From positions 1,265,738 to 1,329,737 of the forward strand of contig NC_068997.1 in NCBI RefSeq assembly GCF_001194135.2: a stretch of DNA of 64,000 nucleotides, written 5' to 3'. The notes under the pieces are model-generated. The model did no database searches and was not told the DNA's origin. It was given only the letters and a program-made list of their open reading frames with translations. This document shows, piece after piece, positions 1 through 11,535 of this stretch (position 1 is its first letter; each line of letters starts with the position of its first letter). The position numbers and the translations under genes are program-made. The DNA is from Octopus bimaculoides (lineage: Eukaryota).

Positions 1-14
1 GAAGAATAAAACAA

Positions 15-222
15 CGCCAGGACCACACCAAACGCCGTACAAAATGCTTAGCGGCATTTCATCTGTCTTTACGTTCTCGGTTAAAATTCCATCGTGGTTG
101 ACTTTGCTACGTATCCTTTCGAGGTCGATAAAATAAGTACAAGTAGAGCACTGTGGTCGATATAATGGACCGCCCTCTCCCACTAAATTTCTGGCCTTGT
201 ACCTATAGTCGAAAGGATTACC
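15..222 (+). mobile_element. SINE family A (tRNA-like head plus conserved central domain), 5'-degenerate copy
   Basis: Contains aaaatgcttagcggcatttc...gactttgc...tcctttcgaggtcgataaaataagtac...ggccttgtacctatagtcgaaaggatta, collinear with copies at 28348 (+) and at 3425, 3655, 16262 and 16476 (-). Confidence 0.8.
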
Positions 223-309
223 TATATTCAAGATTTCTGGACGTAAATGTTGATTATTATAATGTTGTTGCCTTACCAAAGATCAAGAATATAAACTGAC
301 ACATATTTA

Positions 310-570
310 TGTCATAAGAATGATTGTGTGGTTACAAAGCTTGTTCACAAGTATGTGATTTATTTGTTCAGTCTCTCTGCTCGGCACATTCGGCAAGATT
401 CATGTACCATAGACTGGGACTCGGCGAAACTGATGTGAATATAATTTGGTAGGCAGAAACTAAATGGAAGCCTGTCAGTGTAACTGCTTCTGTTCTCAGG
501 TGTTAGAATTAATCTGCCGTCTCTCTTAACACCGGCATCTGGTACTTTACCAACTTTAACAAAGTCTAAT
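310..570 (+). mobile_element. Degenerate SINE family B-related copy
   Basis: atgattgtgtggttacaaagcttg...gtaccatagactggg...aatttggtaggcagaaactaaatggaagcctgtc resembles the family B body at 10104 and 56277. A related copy lies near 21180-21420. Confidence 0.55.
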
Positions 571-999
571 CTCTTGAATTTATTAGGGACGGTACCAAGT
601 TTGATGATAAATTATTCCCTCCCCTACACTGTCTTGGAGGCCCTGAAGATGGTCACTGACACTGTTTTTTCTCCGTTCAAACCATAGGAATTTTGATGCC
701 TTACCAAATCTTTCCAACGGTAGGAATTGATGTCTTCGATGATCAATTAAAACAGGTTCGTTTGGTAATTTTGTAGGTTTGGGATAAAATTGCATCTCCT
801 CCTTCCACTAGTTCCTGCAATCCTAAAGAAGAGCAAATTTCTGCCCTTCTTTAACAAAACTATTAAAACAGCCACAATAATCTGAATCTGTATGTATTAT
901 ATATCTTTATAGGGAGTTCACTGCTTCATAGTTTAAAATACAAAGATAGTTCCAACGGCATTAGAGGAATAAATATTAATAGAGAAAATTTTATATAAA

Positions 1000-2075
1000 A
1001 TGAGCGTTGATAACTTTTGTTGATAGTAAATATAGGCTAGAAATCCAATTTGAAGGCAGAATAAGGCATCAAACTTAATACAGACAATTTTATATTCCTG
1101 GTTTTAAGTAAAAGCTTTTAAGGAGACCTTTTAGGGAAAATGTCAATGAAAGTAACTAGAAAGATCTTCATCAAATCCACATATGAAATGATGGAACTGA
1201 TTTGAATGATGATTATGTTGTAATTGGAAGAGATGAATGATTTACGACTTGGACGAGTGAGTGCTGGTCGTATGAACGTAGGGACTTGTGTAATGGCTTG
1301 GAGAAAGTGATAAACAGACTTTAAAATGGTGACTGAATCATCGGAGCTACTGCTCCTCTCTCAATAAAGATGAAGAGAACTTTTAGAATGTACAAATAAA
1401 ATAAAACCCCAGCAAAATGGAAGATATTACATCTGTATCAAGAAGAAGCTGATAAAATAGGTAGAAATTGACTGAGTAACAAGGGACATGAGAATGGAAA
1501 CTTTATATTGAATATAATACCTTACAATATAAGCAGACATGATTTATAAGGATAGATCAGAAAATATATTCAGAAGAAAGACGTAAAATGAAGTGAAGCG
1601 TATAGAAAGTATAAACACAATATAAACAGCAGAAATGTCAGATAAGGGATATTAGAATACAAAAAGGTATGAAGAAAAGACAAAAGGTAAATGAATGTCT
1701 AAATAATAAGGATGATAAAATGTTAACAGTAAAAACAATGAAGATGTTGATTACAGGAACAAAGGAAGAATCTCCTGATCAGAGTACCAGTTCTAAAATA
1801 CGATAAGATAGCTCTAAAAGAGAAGAACAATTATCCTTACATCTGGAAATAGAGATAACAAGAATGTGGAGATTGAAAGCAGAAACAATCCATAGTGGTG
1901 CCTTAGGAAAGGTTAAAAACGTTGTAGACAAATACAAAACCAAAACCAAAGCCACAGGAGTTACAAATATACACAGCTACCAAAAAGTATTACTCCATGA
2001 CTTGCACATATACAAGAGATAACTCTACTGGGTACAGTACATATATAGTAGGTCATTGTCAATGCATTAAGTATC
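1000..2075 (+). mobile_element. Highly decayed R4/Dong-clade non-LTR retrotransposon, 3' part (RLE domain)
   Basis: About 1843-1917 translates LEIEITRMWRLKAETIHSGALGKVK, nearly identical to LEIEITRMWNLKTETIPIIVGALGIIK at 11235-11320. The upstream A-rich decayed coding sequence is included tentatively. Confidence 0.6.
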
Positions 2076-2264
2076 ATAAAACAAAATACAGTATATGGCC
2101 AAGCCATATACAGTTGCCCTCGTGTGCGTAGTGAAAGCGTGTAATGTAAACAAGAGTACCGAAATTACAAATAAACTATAGTCGACATCCTTTTGTATAA
2201 TACACCACTACACATCACTAATTCATAAAATTGACATGCTATATACAATTATCGCTTAACAGTA

Positions 2265-2455
2265 CAATCTATATATCACATCTTATAGAATCAACACTCA
2301 ACATCACGATGTAGACATTACTTTGTAGAATTAACACTCAACATACCATTTTATAGAATGAAAAAAAAAGCATCACAATCCAGACATCACATTCTATAGA
2401 ATCAGCACCCAACTACATAATCTAGACAACACTTGGTTTATAGAACTAAAATCCA
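2265..2455 (+). repeat. Degenerate minisatellite of about 43 bp, about 4-5 units
   Basis: Recurrent unit resembling atcacattctatagaatcaacactcaacatcacaatctagac. Confidence 0.6.
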
Positions 2456-3424
2456 GTACTAAAACAAACAACCCACGCATATATGAACTTTGGTATAGCC
2501 AGATCTACTAGAGACCTACCACTTCACTCGCTAATGGGATATTTTACCGCATCTGGTATGAGGATTTCCTAATAAAACTTTTGACATTGCACTTCATCCG
2601 TTTCCCGTCACTTCGAATAATGACTTCTTTAAGATCACACCCTCAAGGTGTGTTTGAAAGGGGTTCACTCTGACCCATATCATATCAACTCCGTTGGGCC
2701 CCTAGGTTCGATTTTCTCTTCTATATTCTTCATCATCCAACCCTTTAGCTTTAAGTCGAACTATTACTCGTTTTTGAATGTTCTACTGATACTACAACAG
2801 CAGCACCTGATGCTACTAGTTGATAAATTTTGACCTACCTCCTACCTCTACTCACTAGCTTCCCTCCCTACTCTACTCTACATCTTTCTCCCTCCTCTCT
2901 CTCTCTCTTCAACGTTCCCTTCATCTTCTCCTCCACTCACTAATCACTAAACTCAGATTTTCTCTCAGAAAATAGCCCTCACCGCTAGAATTCTCTCTTC
3001 TCTGTTTATGATTTTCCTGAAGCTGCCAACATGGAACTATTCAATAGGAAATTTAACCCTATTAATTCCATTGGCAACGGAGTGTCTGTGGAGGCTATGG
3101 ACTCAGCCCAGACTAATAAACAATCGTAAAAACACGTATACCGAAAAAGCTATCAAGACCCAGCATTGTATCGCATGACGAAACCCATACAACACAAGAG
3201 ACACAAACACTGCCTAATATTACACAACGTCACAACCTACACAACACAAACACCACACAAAACTGAGTAAATAGAACACAATCAACGCTTCAAACAACAA
3301 AACTAAAATTTCACATATTTTACACAATTTCAAGTACCACTAGAAACAAATTTGCCGTCTCAATGATGATGATGATGATAATAATAATAAGAAGAAAATT
3401 ACAAAAACAACAATCAAAATAATA

Positions 3425-3868
3425 ATAATCCCTTCTACAATAGGCACAAGGCCTGGAATATTTGGGAGTTAATCGATTTCATAGAACTCTGTGTTTAACT
3501 GGTACCTACTTTATCGATCTCGAAAGGATGAAAGCAAAGACGACCTTGGCGGAATTTTCACTGAAAACGGAAAGATAGACTAAATGCTGCTAAGCGTTTT
3601 TATCCAGCGCGCTAAAAATTCAGCTGTTTCACCACCTCAACAACAACAACAACGGTTCAAATTTTGGCACAAGACCAGAAGTTTTGTAGAAGAGGATAAG
3701 TCGGTTATATTGACCCCAGTACTCAAATGGTACTTATTTCACTGGCTCCGAAAGGATTAAAAGCAAAGTCGACCGCAGCGGAATTTGAAATCAGTCCGTA
3801 AAGTCCGTTGAAATGCCGCTAAAGATTTTGCCCGAAGTAGTAACGATTCTGATAGCTAGCCGCCTTAA
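3425..3868 (-). mobile_element. Two head-to-tail SINE family A copies (about 3425-3640 and 3655-3868) in (AAT)n/(CAA)n tracts
   Basis: Both read on the minus strand as aaggcggc.agct.tcagaatcgtta...ttcaaattcc...gtcgactttgct...atcctttc. Flanked by (AAT)n at about 3380, 3420 and 3866-3917. Confidence 0.85.
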
Positions 3869-3876
3869 TAATAATA

Positions 3877-3939
<63 letters not shown>

Positions 3940-4559
3940 TTTTCTGGATGACATCCCAGGAGAACCATGTCTCAGAGAAATCCAAAATATTGTGCTCAGA
4001 AAAACCCTATAAATTTAAATGCCTGTGTTGTCTTACATGAAAATATTTCGCTTCTACCCCTGTCACTTCCCCTTCCCCTGTCACTTCCCCTTCCCCAAGC
4101 TTTCAGCCATACTGTAACATCTCTTTTCTTTCACTCACTCTAGGATGCACCAGGAACCCTGGAAAAAACACACTAATTACATAGTAAGTACGTAAACGGA
4201 ATAGTTACCTCTACATGCATCTGTCTATGCATCCATCTGCACATGCTAATATTTACAATCAACTTAAATAATGCCTACACGATACACAGAAAATAAAAGA
4301 AAAACAAGCGTCACGAGCGACGCCGTACCAAACAAAACCAAATAATTTTCCACAAACGAATATAAAAAGAAGCAAACTAATACTCAGTTTAAACAGTTAT
4401 TCCCCGAAACATAGTTGCCAAAAATAAAACAAAAAAAAAAACAAGCGATTTTCGATCTATCAACCTACGATATGATAAATATATCCATTCGAAGAACAAG
4501 GAAACGATGTCATGTCAAAAAGTCAACTCTGAACAAACAGACCCGTTTCCTATTGTCCT

Positions 4560-5750
4560 CGTCAATGCTTTAATGACAAGCCAAAACTCATGCCGGACCG
4601 GTCATCGCTCGAGACAAGGACCGCGTTACCCAGTGGGGAACCCGGCTGGGGTCGAAAAATCTGCTGCTGGAACAAACTCTCAACAAAAAGGAATTGTCAT
4701 GTAATTAGAACTAGGATAACCCTAACCCTAGACCTGTAGTGACACCACCAAAAAACACCACCTAAAGTAAAACTCATGAAATGGACTAGAGAGGATTATA
4801 GTGATGTGTTGAAAGCTTTCTATACAGCCCAGTTGAACCTAAACAATAACCTCATTGTACAAACATACACTTCTTGGAGAAACTTAGTAGGCAACTAAGT
4901 ACGCAGATATATAGACACAAATAAATTAAGTAATGTACGTAGAGATATCATTAAGAATACAAGGCTAATTGACGCTGAAATTAGCTAAATTAGGACAAAT
5001 TGTCCCATGCTAGGCTAAACGAAATCAGCAACAATGCAGATGAAATAGGTAACAGATGCACAGAACCAAGTGTACGAGCAGTAGATCCAAACGAGGAAGC
5101 TGAAGAAAGAATAGCGAAGAACAGATATGCGGAAAAAGAGGAGAAAGTAGACCTACCTGAAGAATACCAGAATGGATATGATACAGAGTTTGAGGTGAAC
5201 AATAAAGAGATCATAGAATCAAATGAAGATATTATGAGAGAATTCAGCAAGACTGAGTTAACTGACATGATCAAGAGAGAACCACTACCAAAGCTCTCAA
5301 ACAACATGAAAAATAGCAACATAACCATGATATATAACATTGATCTTAGATCTGAAGAAATAAAGGAAATGACCTAACAACCTTAAATAACCTTATCTAT
5401 TCCATTGCTAAAATTGTAGCTGCTCCTTTAAGTATCAAGACGACGCAGAAAGGGACCAACCATGTCAATAGACGTCCTAAGTAGAAAGTAGCAATACAGA
5501 GAGATCGAATGTTTGCGGGCGGATGTATCAGTTCTCGATGAACTTGCTAGAGAAGTAAATGTTAAGACGAAACAAGCTAGAAAAATCAAGCATAAATATA
5601 AAATGAAAGATTTTATAAACTTCACTGCAACCAAGGAGCAATTGAAACAACGAACACAACTGACATCCCAACCTGTTCGACCCATAACCTGTTTACCACT
5701 AATGTGGAAGCTTATGACCGGTGTTTTGGCGGAAGAGTTAGACAACCATC
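4560..5750 (+). mobile_element. R4/Dong-like LINE, 5' ORF region with an internal deletion joining it to the RT start
   Basis: KLMKWTREDYSDVLKAFYTAQLN (about 4770), NKLSNVRRDIIKN, ORFs 5000-5377 and 5513-5845. The latter jumps to RPITCLPLMWKLMTGVLAEELDNHL, the (Y)RPITCL RT-entry motif of RLE-type LINEs. Stops and frameshifts are present. Confidence 0.7.
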
Positions 5751-6100
5751 TGAAAATCTTACCACCACTGATCGTCACATCAAGGACAACCACCCTGCCT
5801 TCCATCTCAAGAAAGATTGTTCTAGTCTTGATTTTTCCTGAGTAGAATTGCGACACTACTCCCTCCCCCTAGTTGGCATGGAGAAATAAATTCCTCGTAG
5901 CCGTTCAAGAGTGGGGAAAAGGCCCGCATCCCCCTCAGTCTGGTTTCTGTGGCCACTATCACATCCAATCTATGTGACCTGAGGTCATTAAGGAAGCGAC
6001 CTTGCTTCCCGTCTGAGGTCAGGCCACGTACATTTAAACATCCTACAGTGAGTTCACCCATAAAAAGGCTTACCTTTGTTGGAGAAGGGATTATAATCCT
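5748..6100 (-). mobile_element. L1/Tx1-clade LINE fragment, N-terminus of the APE endonuclease
   Basis: LTVGCLNVRGLTSDGKQGRFLNDLRSHRLDVIVATETRL...VAILLRK, then a frameshift to EGRVVVLDVTISGGKIFR. This matches the APE motifs NVRGL, QETH-like and GR.V.LD. Confidence 0.75.
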
Positions 6101-6169
6101 TTCTCAGTATCGTCTGTATCTTGCGGGGATTCTTTGGTTAGGCCCTCGTACATGCAAATCAATTGGAAA

Positions 6170-6240
6170 ACAACGACGAAGACAACAGCAACAACAACAA
6201 CAACAACAACAACAACTATAGCAGCAACAACAGCAATTGT
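6170..6240. repeat. (CAA)n/(CAG)n microsatellite
   Basis: caacgacgaagacaacagcaacaacaacaac... Confidence 0.9.
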
Positions 6241-6367
6241 CATTGTTTCTAATTTCGGCACAAAACCAACAATTATTAAAAAGAGGTGGAGTACAGCTGG
6301 TTACATGTACTCTAGTATATAACATACTCTGATATTGTAACAGGTATTTTCAATGCAAAACATATTT

Positions 6368-6945
<578 letters not shown>

Positions 6946-7683
6946 GTTTTCCACTTCAAATATTTGTTCTCAGGAAAGAAATAAGAACTTTTATATTATG
7001 TCCCACCTTGCAAAAATATAGCATTAGATGAATAAATTATCTCATGTCATCTCTTTTGAGAATTTCTTTTGTTTCTCTGTACGCAATAAAGATTTTATAA
7101 TGAATGTGTATCCAAAAGAATAGGCCCTACTGAAAGACAGTCTATGTTTAAATACGGATCAATAGACAAAACAAATCTCCGACTTGAACTGAAGCTTAGA
7201 GATAACAGTAAGAGCAGACAGACCAGCAGTGTTCTTATAATAATGACCAGTTATAAAATCCAAAGTCTTTGGATAAACTAGCTTTCGAGCTCTTTTAACT
7301 ATTCTTTCTCGTTCTCTGAACATCTGTATTCATGCCTATACTATTCATGCCTCAATGTATCATACACATACACGCATGTACACGTGCGCGCTCCCACACA
7401 CACGTTTTTGCTTGCATTTATGTACTGTGTGTTTTATNNNNNNNNNNNNNNNNNNNNNNNNNNNNNNNNNNNNNNNNNNNNNNNNNNNNNNNNNNNNNNN
7501 NNNNNNNNNNNNNNNNNNNNNNNNNNNNNNNNNNNNNNNNNNNNNNNNNNNNNNNNNNNNNNNNNNNNNNNNNNNNNNNNNNNNNNNNNNNNNNNNNNNN
7601 NNNNNNNNNNNNNNNNNNNNNNNNNNNNNNNNNNNNNNNNNNNNNNNNNNNNNNNNNNNNNNNNNNNNNNNNNNNNNNNNNNN

Positions 7684-7727
<44 letters not shown>

Positions 7728-8215
7728 ACTTTAGCATTCATCACAAAAAGAGATATCGCGTTTAGCTTTCAACATAAAACTTTCTCTATATTCAACAGGA
7801 GACAGAAAATATGCGTTATTTATGGTATCATATTTCCTGTCCAAATTGCCAGTCTCGTATTAATCTAACTGAAACCAAATCTAATGCAAGCTATAGTTTT
7901 GACAGCAGATTAAGATGTGAGCAAATGGAAAGTCCCGTTGGTGACAGGCGAAAGGCAGAAATTGATGAAATTAATGGAAATGATGCTACAATTATGTACA
8001 AAAAAATCATCATACACACATGAAAGCCGAACATATATAGCCATGCAATGATATAGCTTTACGTATCACACGAAAGAATAGAGTGCAAATGTTATAAAAA
8101 GAACATGAGATCAGACAATTTATCATGACTATTATGATTAACATATGATATCAATAATTGGTGGATGAGAACAAACTTTGTTCATAATAAACTTTTCCAT
8201 AATTGTTTTTCTAAG

Positions 8216-8333
8216 TGCGGTCTGGAGGGAAGTCACTTTCCTGTTACCTTCTGACAATCAGAGATACTACGTAAAGGAAACTGTGGTGGGAGTGGAACAA
8301 CAAAAGATCGATTATACTGAAACCGAAGTGTAA
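8216..8333 (+). CDS. Candidate terminal coding exon (unknown protein)
   Basis: Pyrimidine-rich acceptor ttttccataattgtttttctaAG, then (t)AVWREVTFLLPSDNQRYYVKETVVGVEQQKIDYTETEV followed by TAA TAA, with AATAAA overlapping the stop. No homolog recognised. Confidence 0.25.
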
Positions 8334-8488
8334 TAAAGTGAAATTTACGAAAGGTACGTAAGTGTCAGCGGGTAACTTTAAAATGTGATGTCTTTTACTC
8401 CACTGAGTTGTGGTACAAGCACAATAAGTACACATAGACAGGCTGTGTTCATTGCGGTTGAAGAAGCTTACACAAGGATAACATAAGG

Positions 8489-8537
<49 letters not shown>

Positions 8538-8581
8538 NNNNNNNNNNNNNNNNNNNNNNNNNNNNNNNNNNNNNNNNNNNN

Positions 8582-8660
<79 letters not shown>

Positions 8661-10103
8661 AAGATAATAGTAAAAAAAGAAGTGAATATTTAAATTAAAA
8701 TTGTTTGTGAATGGCATGAACTTGGAATAATATAATTTTCATTCTTAAGTAAGAAATAACGTTTCGAAGATTCGATACCATTCAGGCCTGTGTTTACTAT
8801 TTTGGTTTGACCCCACGTAAAGTTCATTTCCCCCCCACTCGCCTCCAATCATTTTACTTCAAGATGTTCTATCATTCTCCAGTCTTTCACCCCCAAGTGC
8901 TGTTTGCTGTAACTCGCTATTTTGTATCCCGTTTTGACCCATTCCGTGCGTAGGACATTATAATCTCAAGGACCACGCCATTATGATCGGTTTCACAATT
9001 TGTCCCCAGTCACTGGATTTAAATGAAGTCATTTCAAAGTGAAGTGACAGTTCAATAGATTAAAGAGCTGTTGTTTAGTGCCAGGTCAGCCTTTACTGAG
9101 CAGAGTGGTGGTGAAGGGCTTCCTAATCGTGGCCTTCTCACCTTTCAGGTTGAATTTAGGAATCTATTAAGTAATGCATCCTTCCATTTTAAAGCAGTAT
9201 GTTGTACGTGTTGTTTCACTGGCTCATCTAAAGGTTTTCGGTGTTTGTTGTTGTGTAGCAACAAGTCTATCGTCAGCACGTATGTGTGCGTGTGTTCGAC
9301 AGTGCATGCGCGCACGTTTGCGTGCTTAGTTGAAAGTATAGCGGTTCCATTACACGTTTACATGTGTAAATTACATCAGCATCGAATGTAGATTAACATA
9401 ATCGGTCAATTGTGTAAATATAATGCAAAATTAGGAATTGGCACCTGAATGTTAACAACAGGTGTAGAACTTATATATGTATCTTTCAGTTGACGTTCCC
9501 GTATTAGTCTTGCGATTCATTTAATTGTTTCAGGCTATAGAATTCATTTGGAGATGTTCCATATCTTTCCACGAATTCACTTCGGGATTCTATTAACAAG
9601 ATTTTCTTACGATTCTACTGAAATGGAATAGGTAAACTAATTGAAAGAACATTCATGAAACTTGATTATATTGAAATCGAATATAGAGTAGTTTGAATTC
9701 CTTCGGCTTGAATTTCCAAGAATTTATGTTATAGAGTAGGAATATATTATAGTTTTGGATACATTGTACGAATTCTAACACCTTTTGCGTTGGTAACTTC
9801 TCTCACCATTATGCTATTGTAGCACAGTTTCAATCTACAAGAAAATGGTAAAGAATTCGTTAATAAACATAGAAGCAGTCATATAAACATTTGCTGTGAG
9901 CGCCGTAGAGGACGTGTTAGGATTAAAGCAAACAGAAGTTGCGATGATTTTCAATGTGAAAATCGGAAATCTACGAACGTCACTGATACTGTTCTACTTC
10001 ATCCACTACATCTCATTCCAGGGTAAATAAATTAATATAATAAAATATAAAAAAGGAATACGAAATATTCATAAAAACAATTCCAAAATTTTTTTTTATT
10101 CAA

Positions 10104-10475
10104 GGCGCAGGCGTGGTTGTGTGGTAAGAATCTAGCTTCTCAATTACATGGTTCCGGTTTCAGTCTCACTGTGTGGCATCTTGGGCCGACCAAAACCTTG
10201 TGGGTCAATTTAGTAGACAGAAACTAAAAGAAGTCCGTCGTATGTATATATGTTTATATTTATGTATGTGTTTATTTTTGTCCCCTACCACCGCTTGACA
10301 AGCGGTGCTGGTGTCTTTAAGTCTCCGAAATGTAGCGGTTCGGTAAAATGGACCGATAGAATAATTACTAACCTTAAAAGCAGTCCTGGGGTCGATTATT
10401 TCGACTAAAACCTTTCAAGGTGGTGCCCCAACATGGCCACAGTCAAATAACTGAAACAAGTAAAAGATAAAAGAT
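10104..10475 (+). mobile_element. SINE family B (tRNA head, CORE-like segment, central TA/TG tract, gaaacaagtaaaagataaaaga tail), near full length
   Basis: ggcgcaggcgtggttgtgtggtaagaa...ggttccggtttcagtctcactg (A-box/B-box-like); collinear with 56277-56670 and the reverse copy at 17905-18310. Confidence 0.85.
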
Positions 10476-10664
10476 ATGGAGAATAATTAAAACTAGCGGA
10501 GCATATTTTAATGTCACTTAGACGAGCACAGTACAATTTAATAATCAATTTCTTTTTTTTTTGCCACATGGGATCGTTCATAGTGAAAATAAGTGTCAGA
10601 AGAAAGTAGACAACACATGTAGGGATGTATATACTTAGTTATAGGAAATGTGGGATGGGAAGGT

Positions 10665-11005
10665 TGAATTTATATATGGGATGTTCCTAGTAGGGGCTTT
10701 GTTGGATAGTGTGTAGTGTTGAGGATCCAGGTGTAGCTTCTACGTTTTTGTTTATATGTTGCTTTTATGATACCCATTGCTCCAATTATTACTGGTATTG
10801 TTTTCACTTTCATGCCCCACATGAATAAGTCAATTTCGAGGTCTTTGTACTTCGATAATATTTTCACTTCTTTTTGGACAAGATTTTGGCCAGGAGGGAC
10901 TGCAATGTCTATCAGCAAGCAATTGAACTTCTAATTTGTTGTCTCATGAAGTCTCTGGGTGAGACTTAGAGTCAGGTTGTACAAATACAAAACGAAAGTT
11001 AAACA
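10665..11005 (-). mobile_element. 5'-truncated R4/Dong-like LINE, RLE domain (decayed)
   Basis: LIDIAVPPGQNLVQKEVKILSKYKDLEIDLFMWGMKVKTIPVIIGAMG...LLGTSHI, the D..(K/E)..KY.DL...GALG...GTAHI signature. Confidence 0.85.
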
Positions 11006-11008
11006 TAC

Positions 11009-11009
<1 letters not shown>

Positions 11010-11055
<46 letters not shown>

Positions 11056-11074
11056 TAATAATAATAATAATAAT
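11010..11074. repeat. (TAA)n microsatellite between two divergent R4/Dong fragments
   Basis: Direct reading. Confidence 0.95.
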
Positions 11075-11535
11075 AGACCAATAGGCCAGATATAGTGAAA
11101 GAGAAATTAAGGCAAATAGACCAGATATAGTTGTCAAAGATCATGAAGAAAAAAAATGCTTTCTAATTGATGTATCAATACCAGCAGATGACAACGTTTC
11201 TCTAAAAGAAATGGAAAAACTTTCAAAATACAAAGACCTGGAAATAGAGATAACTCGAATGTGGAATCTAAAAACAGAAACAATTCCTATCATAGTAGGT
11301 GCCTTAGGTATAATAAAAAAATATTCAGACAAATACATAACAAAAATAGCAGGACTTACAAATATATATAACGTACAGAAAATTGCACTACTGGGTACTG
11401 CACACATCCTACGCAAAACACTTTCAATACAGTAAACATAAGAGCACCACAGCAAACCACAGCACATACCCAAGGCGCACAGAGCTGCGCTCGGTAGTGA
11501 AGTGAAAGCACGTTATAAAAATAAAACTACTGAAT
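11075..11535 (+). mobile_element. 5'-truncated R4/Dong-like LINE: RLE domain, 3' UTR and (AAT)n tail
   Basis: RPDIVVKDHEEKKCFLIDVSIPADDNVSLKEMEKLSKYKDLEIEITRMWNLKTETIPIIVGALG...LLGTAHILRKTLSIQ*. The frame is open from about 11090 to 11435, followed by a 100-nt UTR ending ctactgaataataataat. Confidence 0.9.

Noticed and set aside
2265-2455. CRISPR-like repeat array (also 42941-43009)
   Set aside because: Units are contiguous and degenerate with no unique spacers and no cas genes; the context is eukaryotic.
4057-4096. 18-bp direct repeat cccctgtcacttcccctt x2
   Set aside because: Simple local slippage duplication.
11435-11535. Idea that Dong mobilises SINE family A because both associate with AAT tracts
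   Set aside because: The 3' ends share no visible similarity, and the tails are on opposite strands (SINE ends in ATT, Dong in AAT).
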